From the NCBI GenBank assembly GCA_048213135.1, contig PS015009.1, positions 1,116,001 to 1,180,000 of the forward strand: 64,000 nt of DNA, read 5' to 3'. The translations under genes were made by a program, and so were the position numbers. The notes below the pieces were generated by a model that searched no databases, was not told the origin of the DNA, and worked only from the letters and a program-made list of their open reading frames with translations. The DNA comes from Reclinomonas americana ATCC 50394. Taxonomy: Eukaryota. Below, piece after piece: positions 38,324 through 47,974 of this stretch. How positions within the stretch are numbered: position 1 is the first letter of the stretch; the number at the start of each line of letters is the position of its first letter.

Positions 38324-39235
38324 CTACTTTTCGGTATCTGCCTTACTACTTTCCTCTTTTTCCCAGAAATCATAGTAATTGAACCATTGCAGGGGATATT
38401 TTCGGGTCTTTTCTTCCATTTCCATTACAAAGTCGCCCAGCATTTCCTGCATGGGAACGGATTTGCTGCCATCCGCATACTTTTTAACGCTGCTGGCAAA
38501 GAAATGATAATGCAGGTTGCTTTCCTTCGCGGCAAATACAAAGGATACCGGCACTTTGAATTTAGAGGCCAGCAGGAAGGGGCCCATCGGAAAGCGGGCT
38601 TCTTCGCCCAGAAAGCTGGCCGTTAGTGTTTTATTCCCCGGCAGGAACCGGTCGGCATGCATGCATACCAGTTCATTATTGCTGAATGCATCGCTGATCT
38701 GGTAGATATGCGACAGGTCATTTTTGATGACGATGATGTTGATGGCTTTTTCGCCGGTAACGCTGTCGAGGTATTTTTTGATCTGTTCGTGTTCGCCATC
38801 GAAGAGCACGATATGAATGCGGGTATTCAGCCTGGTGAACAGGTGACCGGCCACATCCCAGTTGCCGATGTGGGCGCTCAGCAGCATACCGCCTCTTTTA
38901 AGGGAAGCAATCTCCCGCAGGTTTTCTTCGCCATCGAAATGAAAAGTGAATTTGTTCTTTATGCCCGACATGAGCACCACTTTATCGATGATGCTCTGGC
39001 CCAGCAGGCGGTAGTTGCCATAGATCATGCCGATTGACCGCAGGCGGCCATAGCCCAGCCGGTGCCTGTAGAGGCGGTAGATGATCTTTGATCCGCGGAA
39101 AGAGAACAGGAAAAAATAAAAGGCGACAAAGCGCAGCAGGAAATAAGCGGGCAGCACACCGAAGTTGCGCAGCACCCATACAAATATTCGGTAGCCTAGC
39201 GGGTTTCCCCGGGATTGTCCCTGCCAGGAAGACAT
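38324..39235 (-). CDS. Lipid A acyltransferase (LpxL)-like acyltransferase
   Basis: SAHIGNWD, ADR, FPMGPF, YPLQWFNYYDFW. Confidence 0.88.
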   Translation of the reverse strand: MSSWQGQSRGNPLGYRIFVWVLRNFGVLPAYFLLRFVAFYFFLFSFRGSKIIYRLYRHRLGYGRLRSIGMIYGNYRLLGQSIIDKVVLMSGIKNKFTFHFDGEENLREIASLKRGGMLLSAHIGNWDVAGHLFTRLNTRIHIVLFDGEHEQIKKYLDSVTGEKAINIIVIKNDLSHIYQISDAFSNNELVCMHADRFLPGNKTLTASFLGEEARFPMGPFLLASKFKVPVSFVFAAKESNLHYHFFASSVKKYADGSKSVPMQEMLGDFVMEMEEKTRKYPLQWFNYYDFWEKEESSKADTEK

Positions 39236-39492
39236 TATGCCAGCTCTTTGGTATTAACGCGGGAAATAACGTAATCGCAGAAATCCTGGAAGGTGGTGAT
39301 GCCTACAAAGTCTTCAGGTTTTACCTTGAAACCGAAATTATTCTCAATCACCACCACAAGGTCAATATAATCGAGGCTGTCGAGCCCCAGTGTAGCTTTA
39401 AGATTGGCTTCGGGAGTGATCTTGTCTGCTTCCACCTCAAATTCTTCAACGAGGAATTCGCGTACTTTCTCTATAATTTCATTATTGTTCAT
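39235..39492 (-). CDS. Acyl carrier protein
   Basis: LGLDSLDY. Confidence 0.92.
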   Translation of the reverse strand: MNNNEIIEKVREFLVEEFEVEADKITPEANLKATLGLDSLDYIDLVVVIENNFGFKVKPEDFVGITTFQDFCDYVISRVNTKELA

Positions 39493-39501
39493 AAGCAGAT
39501 G

Positions 39502-40722
39502 TTATAACATTTTTCTCACGATCAGGGAGGAATTGGTGCCCCCGAATCCGAAAGAGTTGGACAAAAATACGACTATATCCTTTTCCACCGTACTTTTTAC
39601 GATATTCAATTTGGCCGAATCCTCATCAGGATTCTCAAAATTAATATTGGGAGCGGCGAACCCGTTCTGCATCATTAACATAGAATAGATGATCTCACTT
39701 GCGCCCGCCATCCAGCATTCGTGGCCGGTCATAGATTTTGTTGAACTCACCAAAGGCTTACTGGAACCGAAAACTTCATCAATGGCTTTTGCCTCGCTGG
39801 AGTCCCCGGCAGGTGTGGAGGTAGCATGGGCATTGATATAGTCAATATCCGCAGCCATAATACCAGCGTCTTTCAGTGCCATATGCAATGAACGAACGGG
39901 GCCTTCTACAGTTGGATTGGAAATGTGCCCGCCATTGGAAGAAAAACCATAGCCGATCACTTCACCCAGTATGGTGGCCCCTCTTTTTTGGGCCGATTCC
40001 AGGCTTTCGAGTATTACAGTAGCCGCCCCGCCGCTGGGGATGAGCCCGTCGCGGTCGCGGTCGAAAGGACGCGATGCCTGTTGCGGAGACAATTCACGTA
40101 TGGAAAAGGCCGACAGGGCATCGAAAGTGCCCATGGACAGGTGATTGATCTCCTGTGCGCCGCCGCAAACGATACAATCCTGCAAACCGGTCTTGATAAA
40201 ATGATACCCCAGCCCGATAGCGTGGGATCCGCTGGCACAGGCGGCACTGATGGTAAAGTTGATGCCCCGTAGTTTAAAGATAGTGGCCAGGTTCATGGTC
40301 ACGGTGGAGTTCATGGTCTGAAACACCGCACCGGAGCCCACCAGCGTGGTATCCTTTTTTTCGCGGATGATATTATCAGCTTCAATTACCGCTTTACCTG
40401 AACTGTCGTTGCCGTACAGAATACCTATTTCGTGCGCATTGATATAATCCTGGTCGATGCCCGCATTGGCCAGCGCCTCAACGGTGGCCAGGTAAGCATA
40501 CTCTCCCTGCTCGGGCAGCATGATCCTTGCCCGCCTGTCGAGCATACCTTTCAGTTCGGGTTTATCTACATAACCGGTCAAACCTGAGCGGTAGCCATAC
40601 GCTTTCCGTACAGGATCGAACACGATACCCGACTTCCCCTGGTACAGGGAATGCTTTACTTCCTCCAGGTTTTTTCCTATACAGGAGTAAATACCCATAC
40701 CTGTTATAACAACCCTGTTCAT
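39502..40722 (-). CDS. Beta-ketoacyl-ACP synthase (FabB-like)
   Basis: AACASG, HATST, GHECW, SNSFGFGG. Confidence 0.92.
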   Translation of the reverse strand: MNRVVITGMGIYSCIGKNLEEVKHSLYQGKSGIVFDPVRKAYGYRSGLTGYVDKPELKGMLDRRARIMLPEQGEYAYLATVEALANAGIDQDYINAHEIGILYGNDSSGKAVIEADNIIREKKDTTLVGSGAVFQTMNSTVTMNLATIFKLRGINFTISAACASGSHAIGLGYHFIKTGLQDCIVCGGAQEINHLSMGTFDALSAFSIRELSPQQASRPFDRDRDGLIPSGGAATVILESLESAQKRGATILGEVIGYGFSSNGGHISNPTVEGPVRSLHMALKDAGIMAADIDYINAHATSTPAGDSSEAKAIDEVFGSSKPLVSSTKSMTGHECWMAGASEIIYSMLMMQNGFAAPNINFENPDEDSAKLNIVKSTVEKDIVVFLSNSFGFGGTNSSLIVRKML

Positions 40723-40749
40723 ATCTTCTGCGGCCAGTTTTTTCTGCGG

Positions 40750-41478
40750 TTAAGAATATAATCCCCCGTTAACGGAAATGATTTCCCCTGTAATATACCC
40801 CGATTCCGGCGAAGCGAGAAAACCCACGGTATGGGCCACTTCTTCGGGTGTGCCGAAACGTTTTACCGGTATCTGCGCCTTCAGTTCTTTTTCATCAAGT
40901 CCTTCGGTCATGTCTGTTTTTATAAAACCAGGTGCTACGGCATTCACCGTTACTCCTTTCCTGCCCACTTCCTGCGCCAGTGCTTTGGTAGCACCGATTA
41001 CGGCTGCTTTGGCCGCGGAATAGTTGGTTTGCCCGGGTAAGCCTTTCAATCCTGAAAGCGATACGATATTGATGATGCGTCCGTATCTCTTCAGCAGCAT
41101 ACTGTTGATAAGTGCCCTGGTTACAAAGAAAAATCCATCCAGGCTCGTCTTGAGTACACGGTCCCATTGTTCATCCAGCATGAAGATCATCAGTGCATCT
41201 TCGCGTATGCCGGCATTGTTCACCAGCACTTCCACGTGATCATCGGGATGCGCTTCTGTCCAGGCAGTGATCCTGCTTTGTATCTCTTCGCGGTTGGCCA
41301 CATCAAATGGCAGCAGTTCCGCGGTAACGCCTTTCTCTTCCACCAGGGCCTTGGTTTGCAGGGCCTCGGTTTCGTTGGAGCGGTAGTTGATAAGAATATG
41401 GTATCCCATACCGGCCAGTTGTACGCATATGGCCCTGCCAATGCCTCTCGACCCGCCTGTAACTAATGCAAATTTCAT
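40750..41478 (-). CDS. fabG: 3-oxoacyl-ACP reductase
   Basis: TGGSRGIG, NNAG, YSAAK. Confidence 0.92.
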   Translation of the reverse strand: MKFALVTGGSRGIGRAICVQLAGMGYHILINYRSNETEALQTKALVEEKGVTAELLPFDVANREEIQSRITAWTEAHPDDHVEVLVNNAGIREDALMIFMLDEQWDRVLKTSLDGFFFVTRALINSMLLKRYGRIINIVSLSGLKGLPGQTNYSAAKAAVIGATKALAQEVGRKGVTVNAVAPGFIKTDMTEGLDEKELKAQIPVKRFGTPEEVAHTVGFLASPESGYITGEIISVNGGLYS

Positions 41479-41524
41479 TGGTTTATCTCAGTAATTTTTA
41501 TGGTTGGGATTTTTTTGCAGTTCC

Positions 41525-43087
41525 TTAAGAAGGGTTGCCGTTGGCAAAAGAGAGCAGCAGCGGCGATTCTTCGAAATATTTCCTGATCCTTTCCAGGTCC
41601 TTGTATTTGGGTTCGTCCTCCACGAATTTGGGGAACAGTTTCCTGATCTCTTTATATACATTTCTTGTGGCGGTTGACAACCTGGGTTCACATTTGAGGT
41701 AGTCGATCGCCTGCAGTACGGTCATCATTTGTATGGCGAGTACTTCAAACGAGTTGTCGATCACTTTTTTGGTGATGAGTGCGGCATTGCAGCCCATGCT
41801 CACGATATCCTGGTTGTCGTTGTTGTTGGGGATGCTGTGCACATACATAGGGAAAGAGAGCGTTTGGTTCTCTGCCACGGTGGATGTTGCGGTGAATTGC
41901 ATACCCTGCATACCGAAGTTGAAGCCCAGCACGCCCAGGTTAACGAACGGCGGGAATTTTTTATTCAGTTTTTCGTTGAGCAGGTAGTTCAGCTGGCGCT
42001 CCGAAAGCATGGACAGCTTGGTAACGGCAGTCTTCAGCTTATCCATTTCCAGCGATACATAGTCGCCGTGGAAATTGCCGCCATGGAAAATATTTTTATT
42101 CTGGTGATCGATAACCGGGTTGTCGTTCACCGAGTTCAGTTCGTTGACCAATACATTCTCGGCCTGCAGGATGGTATCGTAGATAGGGCCCAGTACCTGT
42201 GTTACGCAGCGGAGGGAATAGTATTCCTGTACTTTGTCCTCAAACACTTCCTGGTTCAGGTTGTCTGGGTTGTACAGGTGTTCCGAACGGTCGCGGATCA
42301 TTTTGCTGTCGCTGAGGATATTCCTGAGCATGGCGGCGATCTTGTTCTGCCCGGCGTGTTTTTTTACCTGGTTCAGTTCCTGTGAGTAGTGGTCATCGAA
42401 TGCTTCCACCACTTCATTGATCATGGCCGACAGCATTACCGACCATTCCAGCAGTTTTTGTGCCTGGATGATGTTGAGCGACCCGATGCCCGTCATGGCC
42501 GAAGTGCCATTGAGGGTAGCCAGGCCTTCCCGGATATAGATGGAAAGAGGCTTTATACCTAATTTTTTGAATACATCTGCAGTAGGCTGTACCTGGCCTT
42601 CATAGATCACTTCGCCTTCGCCGATGAGTACCAGCGCCAGGTGGGCCAGTTGTACCAGGTCGCCGCTGGCGCCTACGCCACCGTGTTCGAAAATGCAGGG
42701 GGCAACGTCTTTATTGATCAGTTCTTTCAGCAGTTCCACCGTATCGGTATGTACGCCGGAGTAGGCCTGTATCATACTGTTGAGGCGGGCGATCATTACA
42801 GCCTTCACCATCAGGGGGTCCATGAGCTTGCCCCCGCCAGAGCTGTGGCTGCGGATGAGGTTGTACTGGAGCTGGAGCAGGTTCTCTTCGCTTACCTTGT
42901 ACTGTGCCATAGGGCCAAAGCCCGTATTGATGCCGTAAATGAGCTTATTGGAAGAAAATTGCTGTAAAAAGGCATAGTTAACCGCTACTTTTTCAACGGC
43001 TTCCTTGTTTAATTCCACCTTTTCTTTCTTAAACAAAATATCTGAAAAACTGTCCAGGGAAAGTGTTCCTCCGCCTACATTGATCAT
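41525..43087 (-). CDS. Aromatic amino acid ammonia-lyase, probably tyrosine ammonia-lyase
   Basis: YGINTGFG, GASGDL (MIO-forming ASG), YSLRC, NQDIVSM; resembles Flavobacterium TAL as I recall it; cluster context. Confidence 0.9.
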   Translation of the reverse strand: MINVGGGTLSLDSFSDILFKKEKVELNKEAVEKVAVNYAFLQQFSSNKLIYGINTGFGPMAQYKVSEENLLQLQYNLIRSHSSGGGKLMDPLMVKAVMIARLNSMIQAYSGVHTDTVELLKELINKDVAPCIFEHGGVGASGDLVQLAHLALVLIGEGEVIYEGQVQPTADVFKKLGIKPLSIYIREGLATLNGTSAMTGIGSLNIIQAQKLLEWSVMLSAMINEVVEAFDDHYSQELNQVKKHAGQNKIAAMLRNILSDSKMIRDRSEHLYNPDNLNQEVFEDKVQEYYSLRCVTQVLGPIYDTILQAENVLVNELNSVNDNPVIDHQNKNIFHGGNFHGDYVSLEMDKLKTAVTKLSMLSERQLNYLLNEKLNKKFPPFVNLGVLGFNFGMQGMQFTATSTVAENQTLSFPMYVHSIPNNNDNQDIVSMGCNAALITKKVIDNSFEVLAIQMMTVLQAIDYLKCEPRLSTATRNVYKEIRKLFPKFVEDEPKYKDLERIRKYFEESPLLLSFANGNPS

Positions 43088-43110
43088 GTTCCTAATTGAT
43101 TTTTTCTTCG

Positions 43111-43118
43111 CAAAAGTA
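43111..43118 (-). promoter_or_regulatory. Sigma-A -7 element for the ammonia-lyase operon
   Basis: TACTTTTG on the minus strand, 23 nt before the ATG. Confidence 0.55.
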
Positions 43119-43318
43119 TTTTAATAACTGAACAAGTAAAAATAGAATAAAGAATCCAGATTCGGGCCTTTTGTATGGTATTCCGGCCTGTTTTTGCCCA
43201 GGGAAGAGCGATTTGAGGCGGTTTGCAATGATAGGACTGATTGGCCTGGTAACGCATCCGTGCTGATACGGATTTTGGCGGATTTTTGTTTTCTTTGCCC
43301 CCGACTAAAACCAGCAAG

Positions 43319-44941
43319 ATGAAACCAACAGGATTTTGGGCTGCATTGGCAGCCATTTTATTTATGGGGATTACAGTACGGGGGCAGTTCGCGACCGTTG
43401 CTGAAGGCCCTTCATTCAAAGAGGATACAGACGCTTTTTACAGGTTACTGGCGATGAAAGACGGAAGTGTTTTTGTACTTGCTGTAAATGTCGATCATGG
43501 TATCGACCTCCAGTTGTACGGGCCAGATCATAAGATGGTTACCACTACCCGGGTTGAACCCTCTTATGGAAAGCTGAAAAAGGGCGGTGTTGAAAAGGCT
43601 TTTGAGATCAACGGGGATGTTGTTCTGATGATCAATGAGCTGGATGAAAAAGTACCGGTTCTGTATCGCATAGTGCTTGATGGAAAGACAGGCAAACTGA
43701 AGAGCGAGGAAAAGATAGCGGAGATGCGAAAACTGAAACGCGGTTTTTTACGTGTGCTTTCCCAGCCCAATGAGCAACCCGGAAAGTTCTATATTGGGTG
43801 CAGCGACATATCTGATTCCTACGCTGTTGCGTTCTGTGATGATTCCGAAAGCGGTGACACAAAGAATATCACAATCATTGCTTATGACGGCGATCATAAA
43901 GAGATCAAACGTGGCCGCTATACATTTACCGATCGTGAGGAAAATTCTCTCATGCTGCAGGATGTCAATGTTCTTGAACCCGGGAACGTAAACCTGCTTT
44001 TAAGGCATGCTTCGTATCCTTATACTGTCAGGGGCGGCCTTTTCGGTAAAACCGTGGGAAGCCGGAAGGAAAAAGAAATGATAGCCTATATCCCCAACGG
44101 CAGTACCGGTATCACATTGGTGGACCTGCCTTTTTCCGAGGACAGCGTTATGCGGGACGCAAAACTCCGGTATAACCCACATACCAAAAAACTGATCATG
44201 GCAGCGAAATATTTTTCTATCGGGGGGAAAAGTAACTGGAATATGAGTTTTATTGCCACTATTGACCCGGTGACAAAGCAGGTGGAAAACAGGATGCTCT
44301 CCCAACCCAGCAATGAACTGATCGAAAAAGCAGGCCAGATCTATGGAAAGGAATATGTATACAACGGCACGCCGGAAGAAGTGCTGATTAATGAAGATGG
44401 CACCATCACCGTCGTAAATGAACACTGGTACTGGTATACCAATACCAGCTCCAGGGGAACAGTTGTCAGCTATAGCCTGGAAACATACATGATTGTGGTA
44501 GACACCTATGACAGGTCTGGGAAACTGATACAAAACTACATGATACCCAGGAGCACTTCCCATTCAGCAGCCAATACATTTTCCTATGGCAGCGGCTTCG
44601 GTAATGAGTTTAAAAAGTTCTTTTTTATTAAGGGGAAGAATGGAGATTTTGTCCTGATCAATGACACCCGCCGCAATATTGATAAGATTGCCGATAACCA
44701 GCAACCTATACAGATCATGAGTACGGCCGACTGTGACGCCTATTATTTCCCGCTTTCCGGGAAGGATGTTATTCCCCAGCGGAAATATATTTTCGGGGAA
44801 GGTGAAAAAAAGACCGACAGGACTATGGCAGCACTGGGTCTTTCTACCTACAGTAAAAAAGATGACCTGCTGGTCACCATTCGAAAATCCAATACGGAAA
44901 AATTCAGGGACATTAACGTGGTATGGCTTAAACCTCAATAA
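43319..44941 (+). CDS. Exported beta-rich hypothetical protein (possible beta-propeller)
   Basis: Start MKPTGFW signal peptide; repeated beta-strand/D-x-x-G turns. Confidence 0.75.
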   Translation: MKPTGFWAALAAILFMGITVRGQFATVAEGPSFKEDTDAFYRLLAMKDGSVFVLAVNVDHGIDLQLYGPDHKMVTTTRVEPSYGKLKKGGVEKAFEINGDVVLMINELDEKVPVLYRIVLDGKTGKLKSEEKIAEMRKLKRGFLRVLSQPNEQPGKFYIGCSDISDSYAVAFCDDSESGDTKNITIIAYDGDHKEIKRGRYTFTDREENSLMLQDVNVLEPGNVNLLLRHASYPYTVRGGLFGKTVGSRKEKEMIAYIPNGSTGITLVDLPFSEDSVMRDAKLRYNPHTKKLIMAAKYFSIGGKSNWNMSFIATIDPVTKQVENRMLSQPSNELIEKAGQIYGKEYVYNGTPEEVLINEDGTITVVNEHWYWYTNTSSRGTVVSYSLETYMIVVDTYDRSGKLIQNYMIPRSTSHSAANTFSYGSGFGNEFKKFFFIKGKNGDFVLINDTRRNIDKIADNQQPIQIMSTADCDAYYFPLSGKDVIPQRKYIFGEGEKKTDRTMAALGLSTYSKKDDLLVTIRKSNTEKFRDINVVWLKPQ

Positions 44942-44971
44942 TAATTTAACGATAATAATAATAAAATACCG

Positions 44972-45003
44972 GCCGGTACGTACTTCCCGTACCGGCTCTT
45001 TTA
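44972..45003 (+). terminator. Intrinsic terminator
   Basis: GCCGGTACG-N7-CGTACCGGC followed by TCTTTT. Confidence 0.65.
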
Positions 45004-45030
45004 TTATTTTTATACCCTAAAATTCATGTA

Positions 45031-45606
45031 ATGAAACAATTTTTCTCCGGCCTGCTGGCTCTTATGCTGATGGGAGCCGCCAGTGCACAAAAAGTAAAAA
45101 CATCAAGCGGCAACCCCGACATCCTGAAGTCTGAAACCTCCGTAAACGTAGAATTTGTTTATGATGGCATGTCTGTAGGCAAGTACAAAACCGAGCAGGA
45201 ATATGTAGCCGCCAAAACATCAGAATACAATTCCAAGGAAGCCGGAAAAGGTGACTCCTGGGCACAGAGCTGGCAGACGAGCAAAGCCAACCGCTACCAG
45301 CCCAAATTTATAGAACTGTTCACCGAGAACAGCAAGATGACGATCGATAAAAATGCCAAATACACCATTATTTTCAAAACATTGTCCATTGAGCCCGGTT
45401 TCAATATCGGTATTACCCGTAAAAATGCCCAGATCGATGCCGAGATCTGGATCGTGGAAACTGCCAATAAAGACAATAAGGTTGCTGTGCTTACAGTAAG
45501 TGACGTTCCGGGCGGCACCGCTTTTGGTTATGATTTCGATACCGGCCTCCGTATTTCCGAAGCCTATGCCAACGCTGGCAAAAAGCTGGGAAAATTCATT
45601 AAGTAA
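45031..45606 (+). CDS. Exported hypothetical protein (paralogue 1)
   Basis: Signal peptide; LKSETSVNVEFVYDGM...GDSWAQSW...PKFIELF...RISEAY. Confidence 0.8.
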   Translation: MKQFFSGLLALMLMGAASAQKVKTSSGNPDILKSETSVNVEFVYDGMSVGKYKTEQEYVAAKTSEYNSKEAGKGDSWAQSWQTSKANRYQPKFIELFTENSKMTIDKNAKYTIIFKTLSIEPGFNIGITRKNAQIDAEIWIVETANKDNKVAVLTVSDVPGGTAFGYDFDTGLRISEAYANAGKKLGKFIK

Positions 45607-45629
45607 CTGCTTTTCGATCCTCGTTTGAT

Positions 45630-45657
45630 AAAAGTTCCCCTCCGTGGGAACTTTTTT
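45630..45657 (+). terminator. Intrinsic terminator
   Basis: AAAAGTTCCC-N6-GGGAACTTTTTT. Confidence 0.75.
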
Positions 45658-45688
45658 GTAATATGCAGGTCTTATAATAAACTCAAGT

Positions 45689-46294
45689 ATGAAAAAGACG
45701 CTGCAACTGCTGGCTGTATTGCTCACCTTCGCTTTATCCCACAAGGCCATTGGCCAGGACGTAAACCTGAACAAAGGCGACATCAGCATCCTGAAAGACG
45801 AAAAATCGATCAATATCGAATTCAGCTATGAGAACATGACGATCAGCGATTATGGTAAAGAGGAAAAGTTCATCAGGATAAAAAAAGAAGAACACAATGC
45901 CAAGGTGCCCGGCAGTGGCGACAAATGGGCGCAGGATTGGGAAGATGATAAAAAAGGAAAATTTGAGCCCCGCTTCATCGAACGTTTTACCGAGGCCAGC
46001 AAACTCACTTTGAATAAAGAGGCGAAGTATACACTGGTATTCCGCACCAAAACAATAGAAGGCGGTTACAGCATCGGCATCTCAAAAAAGAATGCCACCA
46101 TCGACGGAGAAGCCTGGATCGTTGAAACGGCCAACAAAACTAAAAAACTGGTAACCTTTACCATTGACGCCGCCCCTGAAAGTATGTGGCGTGGCGCAGC
46201 TTTCGACAGCGGCGACCGCATTTCACAAGCCTATATGCTGGCCGCCAAAGCATTGGGTAAATTCATTAAGAAAGAATCCAAAAAATCTGACTGA
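45689..46294 (+). CDS. Exported hypothetical protein (paralogue 2)
   Basis: LKDEKSINIEFSYENM...GDKWAQDW...PRFIERF...RISQAY. Confidence 0.8.
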   Translation: MKKTLQLLAVLLTFALSHKAIGQDVNLNKGDISILKDEKSINIEFSYENMTISDYGKEEKFIRIKKEEHNAKVPGSGDKWAQDWEDDKKGKFEPRFIERFTEASKLTLNKEAKYTLVFRTKTIEGGYSIGISKKNATIDGEAWIVETANKTKKLVTFTIDAAPESMWRGAAFDSGDRISQAYMLAAKALGKFIKKESKKSD

Positions 46295-46305
46295 TAACAA
46301 CGGGC

Positions 46306-47598
46306 TCAGCGCCGGTCAATAAATTTCACCGCTTTTCTTCCTCCTTCAGGAAACTGGATCTGCTGCATCTGTTCGGCGGATACGTACCTGATGTGCGGGC
46401 TCACCCTGAGTTTGGCCTGCAGGTAAGCCCTGATCTTCCTGTCCGACTCTTCATTGTTATGGACCGGCAGCAGGTGAAGCGTTACTTCGTCCATACCCAC
46501 TTCATTGCTGTACACTTCGGCTACATATTCTTTGATGTATTCCAGTTCGTTGAGCATATCGAAAAGGGAAGGCGGATATAACGTAGTTCCCTTGAATTTG
46601 ATCATTTGTTTTTTTCGGCCTACAATAGGCGTCAGGCGCAGGGTGTTTCTTCCGCAGGAACAGGGCGTGTCGTCATACACACAAATGTCACCCGTTCGGT
46701 AGCGCAGCAAAGGCATGCCTTCTACACCCAGCGTGGTAATGGTTACTTCACCGGGCTGGCCGGGGGCAACCGGCTGGTGGGTTTCATCCAGCAATTCCAC
46801 AATCAGCAGTTCGGGTTGCAGGTGACCACCCCTGCAGGCGGTGCATTCCGTGAACGCGGTCTGCATTTCGGTAGAAGCGTAAGTAGAAAACAGTTTGATG
46901 TTCCAGGCATCGGTTATTCTTTTGCCCAGCGTGTTCAGCGTAAAGTCAGTATTCCGGATATTTTCCCCGATGCAGATGGCTTTCTTCACCGAACTGCTGT
47001 TCACATCTATATTATGGTCCGCGGCATATTGCACCAGTTTTAAAATAAAGGAAGGCACCGCTACAATAGCCGTAGGTTTCAACCGGAATATAGTTTCCCA
47101 TTGCAATGACGGTACACCCGGCCCCAGCCTGATGATGCCCGCCCCCATCTGCCGTAACCCTGAATAGTAGGCCATGCCGGCCATGAACTGCCGGTCGAGC
47201 GTAAGCATGAGCTGGTACACATCACCAGCTTCGCCATCGGCACTTACAAAAGAGGAATACTCATTATATGCTAAACGGGTTAGATCGTTTTCGGTAAGCG
47301 CAACGGTAACCGGGCTGCCGAGTGTACCCGATGTGGAACTGTACTCAATGATTTTATTACGGGGCACACAAAGAAAATCATCATTGCGCTGCTGCAGGTC
47401 TTCCTTGCTGGTGGTGGGCAGGGCCGACAGGTCTTCCAGCGTTTTTATCCCTTTGGAATTGAAGCGTGCCTGGGTGAAGAGCTCCCGGTAAAACGCGGAA
47501 TGCTCATTGACATAGGCAATTGTTTCCTGCAATTTTTTTTCCTGCATGGCTTTGATCTGCGCCTTGTCAAGAAAAGCATTTTCTGTTGAGTAATTCAT
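46306..47598 (-). CDS. Phenylacetate-CoA ligase-like aryl-CoA ligase
   Basis: STSGTLG, TYASTE, PLLRYRTGD, GRKKQMIK. Confidence 0.9.
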   Translation of the reverse strand: MNYSTENAFLDKAQIKAMQEKKLQETIAYVNEHSAFYRELFTQARFNSKGIKTLEDLSALPTTSKEDLQQRNDDFLCVPRNKIIEYSSTSGTLGSPVTVALTENDLTRLAYNEYSSFVSADGEAGDVYQLMLTLDRQFMAGMAYYSGLRQMGAGIIRLGPGVPSLQWETIFRLKPTAIVAVPSFILKLVQYAADHNIDVNSSSVKKAICIGENIRNTDFTLNTLGKRITDAWNIKLFSTYASTEMQTAFTECTACRGGHLQPELLIVELLDETHQPVAPGQPGEVTITTLGVEGMPLLRYRTGDICVYDDTPCSCGRNTLRLTPIVGRKKQMIKFKGTTLYPPSLFDMLNELEYIKEYVAEVYSNEVGMDEVTLHLLPVHNNEESDRKIRAYLQAKLRVSPHIRYVSAEQMQQIQFPEGGRKAVKFIDRR

Positions 47599-47972
47599 AC
47601 ACTTTCAATTATTACCATGGCGCAGGCCATTGATTTAAGGTGCGACAGAGATACGAATATTTTCCCGATGTTCATACGTTCGGCCGTTTCCGCGGTAGTG
47701 CCCAGCAATCGTATGTGCGGACGGCCTTCTTCATCATTGTAAACCTCTATTTCATTGAACGCGGTGCCGGTGCGCCAGCCTGTACCCATCGCTTTCAGGA
47801 AAGCTTCCTTGGCAGCGAAACGCGCCGCGTAATGTTCGTATTTGTTGGTCATGGTTTCACAATAACTGATCTCCGCAGGGGAAAACACGAGTTCCCGGAA
47901 ACCAGGTCTTTCGCCTGTTTTATGGGCTACCCTTTCCACTTCTATCAAATCTGTTCCAATACCAACTATCAT
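47595..47972 (-). CDS. acpS: Holo-ACP synthase (4'-phosphopantetheinyl transferase)
   Basis: GIGTDL, AARFAAKEAFLKA, VSLSH. Confidence 0.93.
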   Translation of the reverse strand: MIVGIGTDLIEVERVAHKTGERPGFRELVFSPAEISYCETMTNKYEHYAARFAAKEAFLKAMGTGWRTGTAFNEIEVYNDEEGRPHIRLLGTTAETAERMNIGKIFVSLSHLKSMACAMVIIESV

Positions 47973-47974
47973 AA

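Noticed and set aside
41525-43087. Histidine utilisation gene hutH
   Set aside because: No hutU, hutI or hutG nearby; it heads a FabG-KS-ACP operon
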